DNA from: an uncultured Chloroflexia bacterium
GTDB taxonomy: Bacteria; Chloroflexota; Ktedonobacteria; Ktedonobacterales; JADMIN01
DNA: 32,000 bases
Reading direction: 5' to 3'
Assembly (NCBI GenBank): GCA_963718915.1
Contig: CAVRAI010000015.1
Location: 840,001-872,000, forward strand
Each line of letters opens with the position of its first letter. Within the stretch, counting starts at the first letter, position 1. A model generated the notes under the pieces. The model was given only the letters and a program-made list of their open reading frames with translations. It was not told the DNA's origin and made no database searches. A program made the translations under genes and the position numbers. Below are positions 1 to 6,950 of the stretch, piece by piece.

Positions 1-163
1 AGTGAGGGTGAAATGTTATGGCTGCCATCTGATTCCTGGCGCAATCTGCTACGATTTGCCTCGTTTCTGGCTTCTGTCTGCTACGTTCGGCGGTGTAGAC
101 TATGAGCAGAGACCATTCTGCGCCGAGGCAGAAGCGGGTGTTTTTGACAGGAGGCTGTGACGC

Positions 164-1519
164 ATGGCGGATGTGCTGGGCGAGCTTGAACAGTATATCG
201 AGGATCACCTGGCGGAGTCCCTGGAGGATCTGCGGCGACTGACCGCTATCCCCAGTGTATCGAGCAAACATGAGGGCATCGACGATGCGGCGGCGTTCGT
301 GCGCGAGCTGCTGGCGGCTGCTGGCTTCGAGGCGCGGGTGATGCCGACGAGCGGGCATCCGGTTGTCTACGCCGACTCTGGCGGTAGCGGCAAGACGCTG
401 CTCTGCTATAACCACTACGATGTCCAGCCCGCCGAGCCGCTGGATTTGTGGGAGTCACCGCCGTTCGAGTTGACCGAGCGCGATGGCCGTGTCTATGCGC
501 GTGGCGTCTCGGATGACAAGGGACAGTTGATCTCGCGGCTGGCGGCGATTCGCGCGGTGCGCGCGGTGACGGGCGGCCTGCCGGAGCGCGTCAAGTTTCT
601 GGTCGAGGGCGAAGAGGAGATCAGCAGCCCCAGCCTCGAACCATTCGTCGAGGAGCAACACGACCTGCTGGCCGCCGACGCCTGTGTCTGGGAGTTCGGT
701 GGTGTCGATCCCAACGGGCGGCCTGAGGTGGTGCTGGGCCTGCGCGGCATTCTCTACGTCGAGTATCGCGTGCGAACGCTCTCGCGCGACGCGCACTCCG
801 GCAGCGCCCACAATCTGCCAAACGCCGCGTGGCGGCTGGTGCGCGCGCTCAACACGATCCAGGGAGCCGATGGGCGTGTCCTGATCCCTGGCTTCTACGA
901 CGCGGTCCAGGGGCCAACAGATACCGATCTGCAACTGCTGGCGGGGCTGCCTTCCTCTGAAGAGTTCTATCACGAGCACTTTGGCGTCAAGGAGTTCGTC
1001 AACGGCCATACCGGCATGGACTACCGGACTGCGGTTTACGAGCCGACGGCCAATATCGCGGGCATCGGCGCGGGCTGGCAGGGGCAGGGGTCGAAGACGG
1101 TCATCCCGGCCTATGCAATGGCCAAGATGGACTTCCGCCTCGTGCCTGATCAGGATCCCGAGGATCTCTTCGCGAAGCTGCGCAAGCATCTCGACGACGG
1201 CGGGTTCGGCGATGTCGAGGTGGTGAAGCTAGGCGGCGAGCGGGCCGCGACCACACCCGGAGACGATCCGTTTGTCCAGTTGACGGCGCGGCTGGCGTCG
1301 GAGGTCTATGGCAAGCCCGCGGTGATCGACCCGCTGGTTGGCGGAACTGGCCCGGTCTATCCCTTCCGTGCGTTCCTGGGCACGCCCATCGTGACGCTCG
1401 GCCCTGGCGACCCACTCTCCAACGCGCACTCGCCCAACGAGAGCATGTCCATCGCCAACTTCCTGCTAGGTACGAAGCATATGGCGCGGCTGCTGGTGGA
1501 GTTTGGCGACCTGCAGTGA
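164..1519 (+). CDS. M20-family metallopeptidase (dipeptidase / ArgE-DapE-CPG2-like)
   Basis: 451-aa ORF with M20 metal-ligand motifs HYDVQP, GVSDDKGQ and EGEEE. AGGAGG lies about 10 nt upstream of the ATG. Confidence 0.85.
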   Translation: MADVLGELEQYIEDHLAESLEDLRRLTAIPSVSSKHEGIDDAAAFVRELLAAAGFEARVMPTSGHPVVYADSGGSGKTLLCYNHYDVQPAEPLDLWESPPFELTERDGRVYARGVSDDKGQLISRLAAIRAVRAVTGGLPERVKFLVEGEEEISSPSLEPFVEEQHDLLAADACVWEFGGVDPNGRPEVVLGLRGILYVEYRVRTLSRDAHSGSAHNLPNAAWRLVRALNTIQGADGRVLIPGFYDAVQGPTDTDLQLLAGLPSSEEFYHEHFGVKEFVNGHTGMDYRTAVYEPTANIAGIGAGWQGQGSKTVIPAYAMAKMDFRLVPDQDPEDLFAKLRKHLDDGGFGDVEVVKLGGERAATTPGDDPFVQLTARLASEVYGKPAVIDPLVGGTGPVYPFRAFLGTPIVTLGPGDPLSNAHSPNESMSIANFLLGTKHMARLLVEFGDLQ

Positions 1520-1598
1520 CTGCTGTGCCCAGATAAGGCTAACCAGGCCAGTGCCGCTGATTTTGGAGGGAATAGCCTGTAAAGAGTGGCCAGATGCA

Positions 1599-1627
1599 TT
1601 GTCTGTGCCCAGAGACCATGCTATAAT
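1599..1627 (+). promoter_or_regulatory. sigma-70-type promoter, TTGTCT-17 nt-TGcTATAAT (extended -10)
   Basis: -35 TTGTCT at 1599-1604, 17-nt spacer, TG at 1619-1620, perfect TATAAT at 1622-1627. It sits in a 400-bp non-coding gap. Confidence 0.5.
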
Positions 1628-1637
1628 CTAGGCGCGG

Positions 1638-1841
1638 CGCGGAAACCGTTAGCTGGGGAACGTGCCGCCTGGCATCTCCTCCGCTCACCAAACTCCGGAG
1701 ACGATCCAACGCTCGCGCTGGATAACCGCCCCCAATCGCTGGCCGTATCCCGCCGACTCGTTGGCTGGCGCTGGGAGTCTGAGCCGTGGTGAGGCCAGTA
1801 TCGCGTACATCGCGCAAGGGGAATGGGTTTCTCTTTCCGCG
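1638..1841 (+). ncRNA. candidate structured RNA (long 5' leader of the PTPS-like gene, or independent sRNA); class unknown
   Basis: Starts a few nt after the predicted TSS. Six collinear helices: 1638-1645/1834-1841 (8 bp), 1669-1673/1794-1798, 1684-1690/1787-1793, 1692-1696/1774-1778, 1706-1711/1759-1764, 1720-1724/1746-1750. No credible ORF in the region. Confidence 0.3.
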
Positions 1842-1924
1842 TAACTATCGTTCGTAAACGTCACTATCACCTGTCACTTGATTCCGGTTCGCTGTTTGAC
1901 CGGCAACGTGTCCGTGAGGCGCGG

Positions 1925-2479
1925 ATGTCCTGGAAAGTTCTGATCGAGCGCGGCAATTTGGGCTTTAGCGCCGCGCACTTTATCACGTTTGAGGGCCAGT
2001 GCGAGCCGCTGCATGGGCACAACTATGGGGTGCGTGTCGAGGTGGCGGGGGAACTGACGCCCGACAGCTATGTGCTCGATTTCGTTGTCCTCAAGAATAT
2101 CGTGCGCGCGCTGTGCAAAGAGTGGGATCATCGTTTCCTGCTGCCCTTGAACAATCCACATTTGCGCCTGACCGAGCACGAGAATGCCTGGGAAGTGGTG
2201 TATAATGGGCCGCTCACCCATGGCGCAGCCACCACCGACGGAGTCACTCGCTATCTGCTGCCCAAGGCGGCGGTGGTCGCGCTGCCGATTGACAACGCTA
2301 CTGCCGAACGCCTGGCCCAGCAACTTGCCCGGCGCATCGCCGACCAGCTGCGGGACGCGAATAAACTGGAGCAGCTCGACCGCATTCAGGTTGGCGTTGA
2401 AGAGACAGAAATGCAGACCGCCTTCTTCACGCTGGATATACGTATCCATCCATCAAGCGATCTTTCCCCGCCGGTATAG
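1925..2479 (+). CDS. 6-pyruvoyl-tetrahydropterin synthase / QueD family protein (long form, ~184 aa)
   Basis: CEPLHGHNYG (Cx3HGH zinc/catalytic motif) and C-terminal VEETEMQTAFF (E..n.a.y-like). I prefer the ATG at 1925 over the track start at 1823, whose extension is Arg/Ser-rich and non-homologous. Confidence 0.75.
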   Translation: MSWKVLIERGNLGFSAAHFITFEGQCEPLHGHNYGVRVEVAGELTPDSYVLDFVVLKNIVRALCKEWDHRFLLPLNNPHLRLTEHENAWEVVYNGPLTHGAATTDGVTRYLLPKAAVVALPIDNATAERLAQQLARRIADQLRDANKLEQLDRIQVGVEETEMQTAFFTLDIRIHPSSDLSPPV

Positions 2480-2697
2480 CACGTGCTATCCCAGATGCAG
2501 TGGTCATTTTCTCCCACGTCGCAAAGTGTTTTTGAACCTTCACTTTTTTCCAACGTTGTTGTGTGTATCTGGTACATGAGCATGTGTCACTCATGTGCTG
2601 GGATGGCCGAAATTCGGCCCTAACCGGCTCTGCCGGCCGTGAGCAATGGAGCTCCACTCTGGCCAGCGCTGGCTACCTTGCAGGAGGATATGTACCT

Positions 2698-3963
2698 GTG
2701 GCGATCAAAGAACCTGAAGTCATGAACCCGTATGCTCAAGCGGTCGCGCAATTCGACGCCGCCGCCGAACGCCTCAATCTCTCGCCGTCGCTGCGCAAGA
2801 TTCTGCGTATGCCCAAGCGCGAGCTGATCGTCAACTTCCCGGTGCGGATGGACGACGGCAGCATTGAAATGTATACGGGTTATCGCGTCCAGCATAATGT
2901 CAATCGCGGCCCAGCTAAGGGTGGCATCCGCTTCGACTCCAATGTGTCTCTCGACGAGGTCCGTGCGCTGGCTATGTGGATGACGTGGAAGTGCGCGGTG
3001 GTCAATATCCCATTTGGTGGCGCCAAAGGCGGTGTCATCGTCGATCCACGCACGCTCTCACGCACCGAGTTGGAGCGCCTCACCCGCCGCTATGCGACTG
3101 AAATCGCGGGCGTCATTGGCCCTGAGAGCGATATTCCCGCCCCCGATGTCAATACCAATCCACAAATCATGGCCTGGATTATGGATACCTATTCGATGCA
3201 TCATGGCTACTCGGTGCCTGCCGTGGTCACTGGCAAACCGCTCTCGGTGGGCGGCAGCGAGGGCCGTATGGAGGCGACCGGACGTGGCGTCTATATCATT
3301 ACGCGCGAGGCATGCAGGGTACTCAATATCCCGCTGAAGGGCGCGCGCGTCATCGTGCAGGGCTTCGGCAATGTTGGCTCGATCACGGCGCGGCTGCTGC
3401 ACGAGGCGGGCTGCAAAGTGGTGGGCCTGGCCGACGTGACGGGCGGCTACTATAACAAGAATGGCATCGATGTAAAGATTGCCCTCCGCTACTCGCAGGA
3501 GCATGGCGGCTTGCTCAAAGACCTGCCGCATGCCGAGCATATCGAGGGCAAAGGCGTTCTGGAGATGCCCTGCGATATCCTCATCCCGGCGGCCCTCGAG
3601 GGTCAGTTGACCGAGGAGAACGCGCCGCGCGTTCAGGCAAAACTGATCATCGAGGCGGCGAACGGCCCGACAACCAACGAGGCCGACGCGATCTTCCACG
3701 AGCGTGGCATCCCGGTCGTGCCCGATATCCTCGCCAACGCGGGCGGCGTGACGGTCAGCTACTTCGAGTGGGTGCAGGACCTCCAGCACTTCTTCTGGAC
3801 GGAGCACGAGATCAACGAGCGGCTGGAGCGCATTATGATGCGCAGCTTCGAGGCGGTGGAGGCCAAGCGCGAGGAGCAAAACTGCGACTATCGGCTGGCA
3901 GCCTATCTGCTGGCGGTCTCGCGTGTCGCCGAGGCGACCCAGGTGCGCGGCATCTACCCGTAA
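2698..3963 (+). CDS. gdhA: Glutamate dehydrogenase (Glu/Leu/Phe/Val dehydrogenase family)
   Basis: Motifs RGPAKGGIRF and WMTWKCAVVNIPFGGAKGG (catalytic Lys region) plus Rossmann motif VQGFGNVG. GTG at 2698 follows AGGAGG (2682-2687). The alternative ATG at 2722 lacks an SD. The track start at 2563 adds a non-homologous extension. Confidence 0.9.
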   Translation: MAIKEPEVMNPYAQAVAQFDAAAERLNLSPSLRKILRMPKRELIVNFPVRMDDGSIEMYTGYRVQHNVNRGPAKGGIRFDSNVSLDEVRALAMWMTWKCAVVNIPFGGAKGGVIVDPRTLSRTELERLTRRYATEIAGVIGPESDIPAPDVNTNPQIMAWIMDTYSMHHGYSVPAVVTGKPLSVGGSEGRMEATGRGVYIITREACRVLNIPLKGARVIVQGFGNVGSITARLLHEAGCKVVGLADVTGGYYNKNGIDVKIALRYSQEHGGLLKDLPHAEHIEGKGVLEMPCDILIPAALEGQLTEENAPRVQAKLIIEAANGPTTNEADAIFHERGIPVVPDILANAGGVTVSYFEWVQDLQHFFWTEHEINERLERIMMRSFEAVEAKREEQNCDYRLAAYLLAVSRVAEATQVRGIYP

Positions 3964-4134
3964 GCCATCGACAAACACCAAACATTCACGGCGGCGATTC
4001 ACCATTGCAGGTGGTCGCCGCTTCGTCGTATCTGGCAACTATGCCGTAGACCATCGCGCCGCGATACGGTAGAATGGTGCGGTCGGCTGGCTGGTTGTAT
4101 TGTCTCGGTTCACTCATTGGTTAGCGAGGTATCG

Positions 4135-5154
4135 ATGTCAACGCTGGAGAAGCTGCAACCTGCGAGGCAGAAGACCTTAACTCCACTCTTCACATGGCTG
4201 TCAATTTTCATCGTGGTACTCACTATCGTTATCACGCTACTTGTGTACCATGCCGTCAATTGGATCACATTAAGCGCACCTGCTCTGCTTATTATCGGCT
4301 GGAGCTATCTCGTCTGGTGGCAGGTCCGTGCAAATCGCGCGGGTGTCTGGCATAAGCAAGGAGACGAACTCAGGAAACGTGAGCGTTATGATGAAGCGCT
4401 GGCTCATTTCAATCAAGCGCTAAAGCTATATCCACAATATTTGGACGCCCGGTATGGTAAGGGTCGCACGCTGAGCCAAATGGGCCGTTATGAAGAAGCC
4501 CTGGCAAGTTATGATCGTGTTTTGCGACGTGCCCCCAATGCCCCCAGAGTCCTACATAGTGCAGGCTTTGCTCTCTTACGCCTCGGACGCAAGCAGGAGG
4601 CATTGGATGCGTTTGAGCAGGCGCTTTCACTCGACCCGAATTATGCCTCGGCCTGGCTCAATAAAGGCCACGTTCTTTCGGAACTCAAACGGTACGAGGA
4701 AGCGTTAACCGCCTTTAAGCGGGCGTTGATATTGGATCCAGACAGCCCGATCGCCTGGAATAACCTGGCAGACACACTGAATGACGGCCTTAAACGCCAC
4801 GCAGACGCGCTCTACATATGCGATGAGGCCCTTGTGCGCGGCATTTCGATTAGCGGCATCTGGGCTATCAAGGGCGATGCGCTACAAGCACTCGGCCGTG
4901 ACGACGAGGCGCACGTAGCCTATGAGACGGTCTTGACCTTCCCAACGGATGACTTTCTGAGCTGGGTAAGTACAGGCACTGCACTCGCCGCCCTGGGACG
5001 CTGCGATGAGGCGCTAGTGGTATTCGAGAGCGCTCTCACCTTCCGCACCGATTCAGCCGGAGTATGGCGCAAGAAAGCCGAAGTATTGCGCGTACTTGGC
5101 CGTGAGGATGAGGCGCAGGAGGCGGAGCGACACGCCGATGAGTTGGATCGGTAG
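4135..5154 (+). CDS. Membrane-anchored TPR-repeat protein (2 N-terminal TM helices plus about 8 TPR units)
   Basis: Repeated 34-aa units (..YEEAL..F..AL.L.P....A....G..L...). GAGG lies 5 nt upstream of the ATG at 4135; the alternative TTG at 4117 is less likely. The gene is visibly more AT-rich than its neighbours. Confidence 0.75.
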   Translation: MSTLEKLQPARQKTLTPLFTWLSIFIVVLTIVITLLVYHAVNWITLSAPALLIIGWSYLVWWQVRANRAGVWHKQGDELRKRERYDEALAHFNQALKLYPQYLDARYGKGRTLSQMGRYEEALASYDRVLRRAPNAPRVLHSAGFALLRLGRKQEALDAFEQALSLDPNYASAWLNKGHVLSELKRYEEALTAFKRALILDPDSPIAWNNLADTLNDGLKRHADALYICDEALVRGISISGIWAIKGDALQALGRDDEAHVAYETVLTFPTDDFLSWVSTGTALAALGRCDEALVVFESALTFRTDSAGVWRKKAEVLRVLGREDEAQEAERHADELDR

Positions 5155-5167
5155 CCCGCTCTGGTTG

Positions 5168-5189
5168 CCCCTCTCCCGCAGGAGAGGGG
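5168..5189. terminator. GC-rich hairpin CCCCTCTCC-cgca-GGAGAGGGG between convergent genes (bidirectional terminator-like; repeated element)
   Basis: Perfect 9-bp stem with a 4-nt loop, 14 nt after the TPR stop and 16 nt after the GT stop on the other strand. A near-identical copy lies at 30418-30440. Confidence 0.5.
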
Positions 5190-5204
5190 GATAGGGGTTA
5201 AGGT

Positions 5205-6752
5205 CTATTCCAGCACGATGCTCTGTTTGCGGGCGAGGTAGACCAGCTTGCCCGCGAGATTCTCGATGGCCTCAGGCCAGGTGAATTCGGCGGCGGTCTG
5301 CCAGCCCGCGGAGCGAATCTTCTCCTTCTCCTCAGGATGATGCAGCAGATGGAGCAGATAGCCGACGATCTCGTCCGGGTCTTCGGTCTCCAGTGCTACC
5401 GCGTTCTCGAACGAGACGGCATAGTCTTCGCCGGTTGAGCCGGTAAAGGCGATGCCACGGGCAGCCATCACCTCCAGGCCCACCAGCCCGAACGGCTCGT
5501 GGCCGCTGTTGGCCAGCACCGCATCGCTGGCGGCATAGCACATCCGCACGAACTCCTCCGGCACGAAGAAGCGCAGATTGTAGATATCGGCCTCGCCCGC
5601 GTCGCGCAGCAGCTTGATGCATTCCTCTGGCGTCGGCTTGCGCGCCTCGATGTCGCGCACCGTCAGGCCCAGGTAACGCGCCCGACCCAGCACATCGCCG
5701 CCGTGTGGCTCGATGCCGCCGCGAATCACCATCGAAAGCGGGTGGCCGCTATACTTCAGCCGCGCCGCCGCCTCGATGGCCATCAGCCAGCGCTTGTCGG
5801 GATCGAAGCGGCCAATCTTGAAGAGAAAGAGCCGGTCGGGATTGCCGCGTTGCGCCGCCTCACGCAATGCTCGCACGGAGCGAGGGGTGACCGCGTTGAG
5901 GTAGCGCTGGGGGATGCCGTTCGGTATCGTGAGCGCGTTGACGCCATACTCCCACAGCCGATGCTTCATGTAGCGGCTGACCGTGGTGATGGAGGTTGTA
6001 AAGTTCAGTTTGCTCCAGTTGATGCGATGCAGCGACATCAGGCTGTTGCAGTTCCACATCAGGATGCAGCGGTGGCGGGCGTTGTGCCAGTGCAGCATAT
6101 CGGAGGTGCGGATCATCGCCTCGGCGGTGTGCCAGTCTTCGCCGATGATGACCACAATCTTCCCCTGCGCCACGGCGGGCCGTACAATCTCGTCATAGAC
6201 AAAATAGGGCACCGACTCGTTGTAGTCGTAGAGTTTGTGCTCCTCGCCGTCATAGACGCCGTTGGGGTAATGCTGGCTGATCCACTGGCCCCAGCGCCGC
6301 AGATGCAGCCGCCCATTCACCAGATCTTCCGCTGCGGGCTTGTTGGGGTCGCCGACAAAAATCAGGTGAGTCTCATAGCCCAGATGCGCCAGCGATTCGG
6401 TGAACTCTGTGACGCGCGTGCCAAGTCCCCCCGCCATCGAGTAGATATCTGGCCCCTCGAAGCAGAGTGAGACAAAGATCGTGTTCTCCGGCGAGATGCC
6501 GCCGCCCCGCGCGATGACACCAGGGGTCGCGGGCTCAATAGCAACCTCGCGCACACTCGTCGTCGCGGCGTCGATCACCTCTTCTGGCAGTATCGGCTGC
6601 TCCGTCGTGTCATTCTGCGGCGTGACCCCGCTAGCCGGAGCGCTGGCTGGCGTTCGCTGGGTGCGCGGGCGTGGGCGCGCGCGGCGCACGGTGTCTGTGC
6701 GCTGTTCGGATGGTGTGGTGGCTGGCTGTTTAACCTGATCCTGCTCTGTCAT
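5205..6752 (-). CDS. GT4 / group-1 glycosyltransferase (GT-B fold) with ~100-aa disordered Thr/Pro/Arg-rich N-terminal region
   Basis: N-terminal GT-B core GPDIYSMAGGLGTRV and C-terminal motif SGHEPFGLVGLEVMA (E-x7-E-like retaining GT signature). The start is reset to the ATG at 6752 (MTEQDQ...); the upstream extension looks non-coding. Confidence 0.8.
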   Translation of the reverse strand: MTEQDQVKQPATTPSEQRTDTVRRARPRPRTQRTPASAPASGVTPQNDTTEQPILPEEVIDAATTSVREVAIEPATPGVIARGGGISPENTIFVSLCFEGPDIYSMAGGLGTRVTEFTESLAHLGYETHLIFVGDPNKPAAEDLVNGRLHLRRWGQWISQHYPNGVYDGEEHKLYDYNESVPYFVYDEIVRPAVAQGKIVVIIGEDWHTAEAMIRTSDMLHWHNARHRCILMWNCNSLMSLHRINWSKLNFTTSITTVSRYMKHRLWEYGVNALTIPNGIPQRYLNAVTPRSVRALREAAQRGNPDRLFLFKIGRFDPDKRWLMAIEAAARLKYSGHPLSMVIRGGIEPHGGDVLGRARYLGLTVRDIEARKPTPEECIKLLRDAGEADIYNLRFFVPEEFVRMCYAASDAVLANSGHEPFGLVGLEVMAARGIAFTGSTGEDYAVSFENAVALETEDPDEIVGYLLHLLHHPEEKEKIRSAGWQTAAEFTWPEAIENLAGKLVYLARKQSIVLE

Positions 6753-6928
6753 TGTGCGTGTCTTTCTGTTGTCCGCCGACAGTGCATCATCTGCTATGCG
6801 TCTATGAGTCAAGTATCTCATGTGGGGCGTATTGGAGTCATACCAATTGTTGCAATGTGTTGCAGTGCGGGCCTGCCCCTTAGACGGCCCGCATTCCGCC
6901 GCAGTCACAGATGAGCAAAAACCGGCGC

Positions 6929-6948
6929 CAGGAATCGTCAGGAATCGT
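6929..6948. repeat. Perfect tandem direct repeat CAGGAATCGT x2
   Basis: Read directly from the sequence. It lies immediately 3' of the S9 peptidase stop and about 180 bp upstream of the GT4 start. Confidence 0.8.
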
Positions 6949-6950
6949 GG

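Noticed and set aside
455-1189. 244-aa minus-strand ORF antisense to the M20 peptidase. The same pattern recurs at 3058-4038, 5499-6470, 7002-7625, 8946-9569, 17486-18160, 22535-23044, 27849-28994 and 28430-29089.
   Set aside because: These are shadow ORFs typical of high-GC DNA. They are Arg/Ala/Gly/His-rich with no motifs, and each lies fully inside a well-supported gene on the other strand.
1650-1676. Possible ZTP (pfl) riboswitch: GCTGGGGAAC ... CCGCCTGGCA resembles the CUGGCGAAC and CCGCCUGGGCA elements.
   Set aside because: The two elements are only about 10 nt apart, so there is no room for the P1-P2 sub-domain and linker. The 3' box also lacks the conserved GGG. I treated the region as an unclassified structure instead.
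1638-1841. Calling the structured region a bona fide 6S RNA. It shares a rod shape, a large internal loop with a 3' mini-hairpin, and a CUGAGCCG octamer also present in E. coli 6S.
   Set aside because: The closing stem is only 8 bp. The octamer is on the opposite side of the fold relative to E. coli 6S. No terminator follows. I kept it as an unclassified candidate rather than a 6S call.
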